The translations under genes were made by a program, and so were the position numbers. DNA of 64,000 nt. It comes from Centroscyllium fabricii (lineage: Eukaryota). The stretch's first letter is position 1. Every line of letters begins with the position of its first letter. The notes below the pieces were generated by a model. That model was not told the DNA's origin. It ran no database searches and was given only the letters and a program-made list of their open reading frames with translations. Location: contig JBNRSN020000004.1 of assembly GCA_051313645.2 (NCBI GenBank), forward strand, positions 162,192,001 through 162,256,000. The letters are read 5' to 3'. Positions 11,801-23,800 of the stretch are shown in pieces.

Positions 11801-14800
11801 TAAGGGTCCCCGAGGCAGTGATGGTATGTCAGGTCCTTCTGGCCCTCCTGTAAGTATGTCACTTGAATAATGTTAAATTAATCTTAATTCATCTTGAATA
11901 GGCAAATGTGCAATTACTAACAAGTTATAAGAGAGATTCTGCAATCTGATGCTCCCAATGGAGAGCCATGCTCTCTGGGGACATGGGTCTGAGAATCAAG
12001 GCTATAATGTTATAGCCATGTTTTCAACACACATCCTGTGAGTGGATCCTCCTGAATTGGAGTATGGGATTGTGTAATCATTCCTTATAAATAATGTTCT
12101 CATGCATCCTCAAGAATAGTGGGCAATTTCTCACACAGCTTCTATTCAGTCAGATACAAGATATATTATCATTGTTGCATCACCATGTACTTTTGTATAT
12201 TACTGTTAGTCCGGAACTATGCAATAATATGAAACAAATTCCACAGAAATGAAAAGGTAGTTTATATTACGTGACTTCTATTAAAGTTACTGTCCATGGT
12301 GTAACTCCTGTAAATGATGTATAATTATAATGTGAGTAGACAGGTACAAATACAGGAACAGTATCTCTCCAGGTACTGACACCTAACCTGTAATAAGCAG
12401 AAACCCAGGTCCACTGCAATATAATTGAATTGATTTTGGTGGAGATTTTAACTATTTCACTGTTTATTATTGTCTTCATCAGCATTAGTATCAAAGTTGT
12501 TCCTGCAGACATTTGATAAAACATGGAGCTGCATGGTAAATTGTGGTATAAAAAAATCACAAGAAGCAATCTTACTATTTACAATTTCTTTTCTTTATAG
12601 GGACCCATGGGTACAGGTGGTCCCCCAGGCTTCCCAGGTGGTCCTGGACTCAAGGTAACAGCTGACATTTTGTAATGTTACAAAAAGCGAACGCAGGGCG
12701 ATATTTAAAAGTGAAGTAATCATAGAATCATAGAATCATAGAAACTTTACAGTGCGGATAAAGGCCATTCGGCCCATCCAGTCCGCACCGGCCCAGGAAA
12801 ATCCTCACTATACTAACCCCATTTGCCCGCACCTGGCCCATAACCCTGTATGTTACGGTCCTTCATGTGCTGGTCCAAATATTTTTTAAATGTTGCGATG
12901 GTTTCTGCCTCCACCACCCTTACAGGCAGGGAGTTCCACACTTCCACCACCCTCTGAGTAAAGAAATTTTTCCTTACCTCCCCCCTAAACCTCCCCCCCC
13001 TAATCTTGAATCTATGTCCCCTAGTATTTGACTCTCCCACCAAGAGAAACAATGCCCCTTTATCCACCCTATCGTGTCCTCTCATGATCCTGTACACCTC
13101 AATCATGTCACCCCTCAATCTTCTCTTCTCCAAGGCAAACAACCCCAGCCTGTCCAGCCTTTCCTCGTAGCATAAGTCCCCCAGACCAGGTATCATCCTG
13201 GTAAACCTTCTCTGCACCCTCTCCAGGGCAACCACATCCTTCCTGAAGTGCGGTGACCAGAATTGCACACAGTACTCCAGCTGAGGTCTCACCAGCGTGT
13301 TATACAAGTTTAACATTACCTCCCTACTTTTGTATACTATGCCCTGGTTAATAAAGGCCAGAATTCCGTATGCCTTCTTAACCACCTTGTTTACGTGTCC
13401 AGCAACCTTCAGGGAGCTGTGCACCTGTACCCCAAGGTCCCTCTGTTCCTCGGTCCTACCTAACGTTTTTTTGTTCATGGTATATTCCCTTACCCCATTT
13501 GGTCTGCCGAATTGTATGACCTCGCATTTCTCTGGGTTGAACTCCATTTGCCATTTTTCTGCCCAACTAACCATTACATTTATATCTTCCTGAAGCCTTT
13601 TACTATCTTCATCGTTATTTACCACCCTTCCAATTTTCGTATCATCAGCAAATTTGCTGATCGTACCCCCTACTCCCATGTCCAAATCATTGATGTATAC
13701 TAGAAACAGTAAGGGTCCCAAAACCGATCCTTGGGGGACACCACTGGTTACTGGTTTCCAGTCACAGAAGCAGCCCTCTACCATTACCCTTTGTCTCCTA
13801 TCCCCCAGCCAATTTTGAATCCACTGTGCCAAGTTGCCCTGTATCCCATGTGCTTTAACCTTTGTTATTAGTCTCCTATGTGGGACTTTATCAAAAGCCT
13901 TGCTAAAGTCCATATACACCACGTCAACTGTATTCCCTTCATCCACCCTCTTTGTTACCTCTTCAAAGAATTCCAACAGATTGGTTAGGCACGACTTACC
14001 TTTGACGAAGCCATGCTGACTATCCCCTATCAAACCCTGCTTTTCCAAATGCAAACTGATTTTGTCCCTCAGAATTTTTTCCATTACTTTCCCCACTACA
14101 GATGTAAGACTGATTGGCCTATAGTTACCCGGTTTGTCCCTACTACCCTTTTTCACAAACAGTTTTATTTGTGACGTGGCATATTCTTACATTTTTATAA
14201 CCAATTTGTCTCTAACTATAAGAAATTATGAGAATGTTTAAATAAGCTATTTACCAATTCATTGTAACCCATCACAATTCAGTGTTCAAATTTCTGATTA
14301 TATTAGCATATAATTTAAAAATGCTTAAAGTCTAGCCATGATTCCCATTCACAGACCCCAGTTGTAGCACAAGTGTTTCAACACCAATTGCAAAAATTGT
14401 TTTATTGTTTGAGCATAATTCTACACAGATCAAACGTTTAATGTTTTGTTACACAAATGTCAACTTTATTGTATTCAATATTACATTAAAGTAAGTATTG
14501 TATAATAGAGTTACAAATTAATATAATTCTGTAGCTTTTATCTATAGTTACAGGTTTAACTCTAGATAAAGCAGTGCAAACAACAAGAATAATCATTGTG
14601 TTTAATTTTATCTTCATGCAAGCCACATAGGGACCATTTTAACTTGCGCTTCCACAGCCCTGAGGGTGTAATAATAGGCATCTATTTATTAACTGAATTT
14701 CTCACCTGTATCCTGTCATTATTTTGTGCTTCCTATTTGGACACTTCTGATGTCACAAGAGTTCTGAAACTCAGTGATAGTAACGGCACAAAACTCACAA

Positions 14801-17800
14801 TTTTACAGCATTCCTGATAAAACATGTCGAAGCTGTGGCAACGGGTAGAAGTATCTTGATTATTATTCAAACTAAAATTATGTTGGGTTATTTATAACTA
14901 AATTAATTGTCATGAACATCTTAGGACATTCTGCCTACCAGGAAGACCTGTCAAATATATGAATGGAAATTACCCCCAAAACATAGTAAAACTTTAAATT
15001 AAAAAATGTTTTAATCACATTTTTTAAATGACTTTAAATTACATAAATTTTAAACAAAAAATTTATTTTTTGAAAAAAATAATTAAAGTTTTTAATGGGG
15101 CTAAAAATAAACTTACCTTTCTTGAAAGTATTTTTAAATGATAAATCAGTGGAAATTTAAAAAAAAAAAATTCAACTCTTATCCTGGCAAAAGCTTATCC
15201 TGGCCTTACGCCTGCTTTTCCAGGCGCAAGAATTGCAAGTGTTTTTTGCGGGCGGAGGGTCTCCAAAAAACGGAATTCTCCCCCCACAGAGGCCCTTCTC
15301 CCGGGCAGTGTATGCCTAAACCCGGCATTTCCGTTGGCTCTACGGGTGAGTACACAGCGCCTACACACCCGTAGGGAATGGATTCTGCCTCAGGATTTTA
15401 AAGAAATGTCAGTGTGCATTATTTGTGGGAATGAAGAAAATTAAAAGTACAGGTTGAGCACCGAAAATCCGTGACCCGAAACGCCGGCAGCTTCAGTCTG
15501 CCGGAACAAATTGCCCCGACTGCACTGCGCATGCGCAAAATGGCAGCCGCGATCGCGGCTTCGGCGAATGATCTGCGCATGCGCCGCCGAATGGCGAGCG
15601 CATGCGCAGATCATTCAAAACGGCTGCCGGGTGTTTTGAATGATCTGCGCATGCGTCGCTGGACGGCTAGCGCATGCGCAGATCATTCAAAACGGCCGCC
15701 GGATGAGCCGGGCCTTCCGTGGCGTCAGTGCGCGGCGGCTCGCACTGCGTTTTGAATGTGCGAGTCTCGAGCGCCTGCCAAGGAAAAGCGCGTGGTTTCC
15801 CGGAGCAGCCTGCAAGCCGTCATCAGGAGGCAGCTGAGACTCCACAAAGACGTTTGACGGCCATTTCCAATGTTGTGTGCATGCGCGCGGCCATTTTGCA
15901 TGGTGCGCGCATGCGCACTGACCGACTTCATTCTGCCGTTTTTTTCACTTTCCCGGCACGGGCGGGACCAAACCCGTGCCGGATTTCCGGTGCTGAACCT
16001 GTACTCTGTTTTTCATTTTTATTCTAAATAATAACCTATAATTAGATCCAACAAATGAACTTGAGCAAAATCATTATATACCTTCCTGCCATTGGCTTGT
16101 TCATTAGATATCATTTAATTTACACCACAGAATAAAGTCAAAAGCACAGCCATTTGATTTTTTAAACTTTGATTTTGGACTGCATTGACAGTAATTCAGA
16201 TGTTTTAAAAGTTACAGTTTGGTGGTAAAAAGTCTAAACATTTCTCTGCAAACTGAATATAGATAAAAACAATAACGTTATAATTTATTTATTCTAGTAC
16301 TAAAAGTTTTTTAATTAAATATCTATTAATACCATGTTCTCTTCACTGTATATCAATTGAAATGATTCATAAATAGTATTTTAATATTGTTGTTAGATGG
16401 GATCTGCTACAGTTACCATTCCACTTGTTTTAACGTTCTTATAAAAACAACAAAATTAAAAACAATGAGAAGTAAAATAGGCCACAGCTAAGCAAAATCA
16501 GACTATCTCAGTGTGTAATGTTCAGTTAGCTGAAGGTTATAAAGAAAGTTAGTTTTGAGCTGGATGTGCTTGGTACATAAGAACATAAGAACATAAGAAA
16601 TAGGAGCAGGAGTAGGCCAATCGGCCCCTCGAGCCTGCTCCGCCATTCAATGAGATCATGGCTGATCTGATCCTAACCACCAATCTACTATCACAGAACC
16701 ATCTCCTGAATCTAACAGAATTAGACACATGAAATAGGAGCAAGATCAGGCTACATGGTCCCTGGGCCCGCTCCACTACCCACAGGGCCATGACCGATCT
16801 AAACCTAGACTCATGTCCAAATTCCTGCCCGCTCCCCGTAACCCTTAATCCCTTTTACTTCTAGGAAACTGTCTATTTCTGTTTTAAATGTATGTAATGA
16901 TGTTGCTTCTACAGCTTTTTGGGACAGCATGTTCCATTGACCTACTACCCTCTGAATGAAGTAGTTTCTCCTCATCTCAGTTTTGAAAGAGCAGCCCCTT
17001 ATTCTAAGATTATGCCCCCTAGTTAGCACATTAATAAATACAACATAACTGTGATAACAATTTATGTCAAATACACAATTTGACTTTCTTTTATTTCTGC
17101 ATAACACAGGGTGAGATTGGATCAAATGGTGCTCGTGGTCCGTCTGGTGCTCAGGGCTCTAGAGGTGAGCCTGGTGCTAGTGGTTCAATTGGTCAAGTGG
17201 GTCTTGTGGTAAGTACTTGTGGTATCGTTATGGCATTTTACGATATTATTTGATCTAATTGGAAATAGTGCATCTACTATATTCATACTTTTTTTTTAAT
17301 GCTAGGGTAATGCAGGTGCAAATGGTATCACTGGATCAAAGGGTGCAGTTGTAAGTATTTTCGACACACCTATGTAGTGCTTTCATAAACTGCCTCATTG
17401 ATAAGTCCACTTATATTTTAAAATAACAACTGTTTGTCTTGTGTTTGTTTTACATAGGGCACTCCAGGTATCGCAGGTGCTCCTGGTTTTCCAGGGCCAA
17501 CTGGTCTCGCTGGCCAACATGGAGCAATTGGTCCTGCTGGTCTTCGGGGAATCTCTGTAAGTAAAATACACAATCCTATAGTAAAGCAAGTACCATAAAT
17601 AATCCCTTCGAGGAATGAAACAATGTCATTTTACTAAAGTTATGATTAATTTCTAATAAACCTTTTCTTTTGTAAACTTCCTGCTCAGGGTGAACCAGGC
17701 AGTCCTGGTATCAAGGGTGAGACCGGTTCCAAAGGCGAGCCTGTAAGCAATTTTGATTTGATATGCATGTCATAGTTTATTTGCACATTTTCTTTCGTGT

Positions 17801-20800
17801 TTTTGATCAGCATGAGATTTTCTGTCAACCATTGCTCACGCCTGCATCTTTTTGTTCCGAAATCAGGGTGATATCGGCCTTGCAGGTGTTCACGGTCCTC
17901 GTGGTGAAGAAGGCAAGAAGGGTCCTCGTGGTGAAACTGGTGCTCAGGGGCTTATAGGAATTTCTGGCGAAAGGGTAAGGTTAATTTTAAATAGTAAAAA
18001 TTGCACTAACATATTACTGAATTATATTTACAGATCTTCAGTTTTTTTAAACAAATCAATAACACTACTTTTTTATAATAATATTTACAGATATTTAATG
18101 AAATAGGAAAGCTTATATCTATTGTTTGTAATTATAAAGTCCTAGCAAGATATTTCTGGTCTAATGAATCTGAGATTATTAAAAAGGATTCAGTATAGTC
18201 ACAAATGCATTTCTGTCTGAATACTGTTGAATATTTTAATTATAATTATAACTTATTAGGATAATTTTTATGAAGTTCTAATGTGCTGATCACAAGAGTT
18301 TGTGTGTGACAATCATATACATACAGAATGAACCATAACAGTTTTGCCTGCATAACATTAGTCGATGTACTTCATAATAATATATATATATATATAAATT
18401 AGTAGTATAGTAAAATAACATTATGATAAATGAGAAAATATTAATTCTGAGTTACAATTGTTTAAGATTAACACATGCACAGTTCATTGAGTCCCATGCG
18501 TAAAAAGATTTTCAACCTTTTCTCTCATTTGATTTGCAGGGTTCCAATGGTAACCGTGGTATCCCAGGTTCCAGTGGACGAGTTGGTGGCATGGTAAACT
18601 TTGCTTTATTAAGATTAATGCATCAAGTAAAAAGAAACATGTGGTTATATTTTGTAGAAACTGAGATATTTATTTTCTTCGCATTAAATAACTAGAATGG
18701 CACATTTATATGTAACGTTCAGAATGTTGCTACTTATTTTCTATTTCATTTCTAGGGTCTAACTGGCAGACGTGGTGAAACTGGTAATTCTGGTGCCAGA
18801 GGACCCCCTGGTGACATTGGACGTCCTGGTGAAAGTGGCATCCCTGGTGCACGGGTGAGTAAAATTGAGACAACTACAATAGGTAATAGCCTTAGTTGTA
18901 TTGCATAGAATTAAAAGTGTGTTGAGTAATATTTACCTTTTACTTATGTACTTTTAAACTTCATATAATTTTTATAACAAATAACTACATTCTTACTCAG
19001 ATGTACTACTGTAGTTTATAATGTGAAATAATAGTAAATAACATTTTAGTAGAAGCTCTCAGAATTATATTGTTGACAATAGAAAATATCTCTTTATTAA
19101 ATTCTACCATGTAATTTAGATTTCCTGATATTTTTTTCATAAATATGTCTAAAAAAAAATGAAATGTTACTGATTTTGTTTTTCTTATTTCTTAACTTGG
19201 AGCTGGTGTTCGATTGGTTTTTCTATCTATATCTGTTGAGGACTTTTAGGAGCAACCCACTTCCATTTTCACAGATGGGGATGTCATCATTCCTAATTAC
19301 TATTAATCCTTGAGAGTTTTTTTAAAGACTATATGAAAATGAATAGACAAGTTCAATGAAAATCTAAAATCAGATATTTTAGTTGTACACATGATAGAAT
19401 GAGATGTAAAACGTTTTTGCTTTCCTCAATATTTATAGGGTCATATTGGACAACTTGGTAGAACTGGTGCTATTGGAAATCAAGGTGTTCCAGTAAGTTT
19501 TCTTACCTTGCAGTAATGTGTTATTTTTCAGGGTCTCGTAGGTAGTACTGGCAATATAGGTGCTCCAGGCAAGTCAGGTCCTGCTGTAAGTTGATTTTGA
19601 GGTTTTCTGCTCCCCATTCTTGAAAGCTTATTCAATCTAAGAGTAGGTTTGAATCAAGCATGGCAAATTGCATGGGGATACTACATTACAAATGTTACAG
19701 AACGTTTAAATAATGAATAGGCTTCAAACATTAGGTTTTGCTAACCTTTAAGGTAACAACTTTTTATATTAAAAAGCATTTCAAATAATTTATTAATGTA
19801 GGTACAGTAACTGCAAACACTGTGCCATTTAGTGATACTAACAATTACATATTTATGATGCAATAACATTGCATAATCGTTATTACTTAACAAAAGCTAT
19901 GTCCTATACCCCAGTAACATGAAATAATATTTTCTTTTAATATTGTACTCAAAATCTGCCTCCTACACAAAAAATGCACTTCACAATTAACTACATTAAA
20001 GCAAATATATAATTGTATTATCAGTTACTTATTACCTAAAAATGTCATGAACCCATATCCATATATAGGAATTCTAGATGCAGTCACTTAAATATAGCTT
20101 TGCAGTGACATTTATATGGAGAAAGTATCCAAGACTGGCAGTACACAAGGAGTGTACTAAAATGTAATAAAATCATTTTTAGCTAAACAAAAGTCAAATT
20201 ATCAGAATAACCTTCTTGAGAAAGTATTAGAAAGGAGCGTCCATACGGCAACATTTTGAATGTTGTATTAGATCCTAACTATGCCTTGAACACAAAGAAT
20301 TCTGAGCCATATTGAGTAAAGGTATCAGCTATCTTAATTCGACTGCAGCAGTTTACTTTGATTTGGTTGCAGCTGTTTTATGTATTACTGCCTGGTCATA
20401 ATTAGAGTGTGAGTGATATTATAGTAATCCTGAACTAAATCTCAATCGTATTTCAAACCAATATGTAGACCAGCAGATTAAAGGTACAAATCCTGCTGCA
20501 ATATACATATCACTGGAGATAATATCATAGGATAATTAGTAACCATGGATATCTTCCTCAAGTGATTTTCACTTTTTGTTGTCCATACCACAATTTTCTA
20601 CAATGTGATCCTTAAAATACTAAAGCCTACTAATGTGTTAGATTTTGTGCATTGTACCTTATGCTGCAATACCAACTACTATGACATTACAAATGAATAA
20701 CAAATGCAAAGTATTCGCTCAAATGTTTTTGCAATTAGCAATAATATGCATGGAAGTAAAACAATAAATCAATTAATTGAGCTATATGTAAGATAAGCTA

Positions 20801-23800
20801 CAGTAACTTGTGAAGAACATTGTTTCATTGTCTAAGATCATACATTGTAGGGCGCAGGCGGTGAAGAAGGACGTTCTGGTGCCCCTGGTGCTGCTGGCCC
20901 AAGAGGTCAGGCTGGTATGATGGGCTTCCCTGGTCCAAAGGGCGCTACTGTAAGTAACGCGATTACATTTTTACCAGTAAATAAATTCTAAAATGCAAAA
21001 TATTTTGTCTTAACATTATCTGAGTAGCCTTTACCGTTGATCTATAAATATCATTTTTCCAAACTGAAATTATTTAAATGTTAAGTTTGTTTAAAATAAA
21101 TATTTCCTTAAAAACTTTTAATATTCTATGAACTTAAACAAAATGAATTATATTACAGCCAATTCCTTTGTGTATTCTGAATTGTAGCTTTGACACTCAA
21201 AATGCAGCTTTAGTTAGACAAGCAATAAGAAGTGATTGGAGATTGATTCTGCTCTTAAACAGGTGGTTGTTGTGTTATTTTTTGGGGGCTTATACACTTG
21301 TTGCGTTAGCTGTTTGGATTGTGGCTGAGTGATGTTCATGTGCCAACTTCCTGTATTTACGTAACTAAAACCAGCTCTCATATCCGAATGGCAGCATTGA
21401 TAGTTTTAGCGATGTAAATGCAAGAAGCTAATATATGGGTGCCAACTCCCACGGTCTCAACTGCAGAAGTTCTAAATGTGAAAGCGCCTTTTGCTTGTTC
21501 CGCACTAGCTCTGCAACCATATATTGTCTAGTAATTAAGCCCCCAAATTTTAGCTCAGAAACAAACCCTGTTAGTCATGTTAAGTAAAATACGAGCTAGT
21601 TGAAATATTCCTTCATTTAGATAAGAGTTCAAACATGGTTCTTCAAAATGCCAAACATTAAAAAATACCCTTGTAATGGAGTCATAGCTTATTCTTATTA
21701 ATATATCTGCTTTATTTCCCAGGGTGCACTTGGTAAGCCTGGTGATAGAGGAGGTGCCGGTGCTAGTGGCGCTCAGGTAAGTTTAATGTCATTCGTACCT
21801 CTGAAATAGTTTCGACAGTATTGTTTATTTAATGCTCTGCATAAAATCAGTACATAATACACTCAAGCATCAATGGTCTATTTGGTCACTTACAGAAAGA
21901 GTTGTGCTTTTTAGAACCATTTAAGGGTAGAAGCTATTTTTGTGATATTAGCATATAAACTGTCACAAATTCCTCCAATATTAATGCCTGTCACTTAAAG
22001 ATAATTTATCCACATTTTCTATGAAGGAATTATCACACATTGACTTCAATGGAAAGTAAACTTGAGCAGGTTGTAAAACAGGCGAGCAATCCAATCCCAA
22101 GAGTTCCCCGGTGGGTGGGTTAGGTTACATTACCCCTCTAGGTATTGGAATTCAGCCATGAAATTCAAGCATTCAAACTTTATTGTATCCTCTGAAATTC
22201 CTAGCTATTTTAGTGGAGGCATTAACTGATTTGTTTCAAATGGGTTCAAAGCTCCATTAAAATGGTAGAAGGGTGAATTTCAGACAATTACATTAGCATT
22301 CATATGCAATGTTTCATGGCAAAATTCAAGGCTATGGTCCTATTTTTCTAAAAAAGTAAACTTTGACTCAACATTAGACCTCTTAGACAATCAAAAAATG
22401 CTATGTCCAAAAACAGGTAACTAGTCTAAAAGCCATAGCAAAAACTGGAGTGGACCTTCAACTGTACTGTACTTGAGGAGAACTGAGAATATTTATTGCA
22501 AACAAATATCAGTCTACTTTTCTGTGAGGCAATCTGAACATTATTTTTTTCATATACAAGAAGTTACATTCCAGAAGCCTACCTTCCTTCAATTACTCAC
22601 AAAAGTCATGCACATTAAGGGGGGTATTTTTCCGGAAGGGCGGGAACCTGGCGGGGATTGGTCTGGGTGGCTTCCGGTCCCGCCCGCGCAAACAGCTGGG
22701 AAGCCCATGCAATTTTAGTTTAATGAGGTTGTTAAATCCCCGTCGGCGGAAGCGGGAGGTAATTCGGTCAGTCGAGTCAGGCTGCAGCAGAGCTGCGAGC
22801 ACTTTGATTGAGTTCCAGCACTGGTTGTTGTCAGTTCCCATGGCAACACTCCACTGTGACATCACAGTGGAGTGGAGCCAATGGGAAAGGCCAAGTGCTG
22901 GTGATTGACAGGTGGGCAGGCGGGCTCCGAATCCCTCACAGCTCGCACCGGCTGTGAGGACATGGTCAGAACTGAGATTTCTCAGTTTCTGTTCACAGCT
23001 GATGCTGAAGCCAGAACGGAGTTACTATCTCCTCTAAGGTACTGGAGGCATGCCAAGCATTTGGCAGCATATCCTTCACACCTTAAAGGAGAAAGTAATA
23101 AATTCAAGAAGTCACACAACACCAGGTTATAGTCCAAAAGTAATAACCAGCGCTATGCTCAGTTTAAGGTGGCGGGGTTAGGGCGGAAAACACGGCAAAA
23201 TGGCTGAGGGCCCTTAAAATGGCATTAAAGATGCCAATTAAGGGCCCTTAATGAGGTGACAACCCCTCCCCGCCGGTCGGCGGCGGGAGGGTTTCGGGGC
23301 GGGGAATCTGGGCGGGGGAAAATGAGAAAGCGGCGGGGATCCGGCGGGGAGGGGCAGGACCCGCCGGTTCCGCTATTTTGCCGGCCGGGCCGCCCACAGG
23401 GACATGAAAATCCCCCCCTAAGTGGGAACTTAAGATAAGGAATGATTGGATGCAGACTGGGTGAGAGATTACAAAAAAAATTTTTGTTTTAATAAAAAAA
23501 AAGAGAGGTTACAAAATAATAGGGGGGGTTTTCAATTTCGACCCAAGACGGACATGGAAGTCGGGAGTGAGCCCACGGCCCACATCTAAGGCTCCAGTCA
23601 CGAGCCCCGAATCATTTTCAGGTTCGGGTCGTATTTAAACCTAACCGGCAAGCTGCAGGAGCAACATGGGCACAGGTTGCCGGATTCAGACTGCAGAAAT
23701 CTGATGGCTTCCACACAGAGTGGCTGGCAGGCAGGGTCTGGTCCTCTGGATCTCACAAAAAAGCTTAAAAATAAAAATAATACTTTTTCCTGGTCTTTCT

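Noticed and set aside
12813-14156. 447-aa RT ORF as a functional or domesticated gene
   Set aside because: It starts at the 5' truncation point with no ATG context or endonuclease domain and ends in a CR1 tail; it is simply a young truncated LINE.
19439-19585. Reading 24a + 39 nt + 24b as one long exon
   Set aside because: The 39-nt gap is in frame but contains TAA and has no Gly periodicity.
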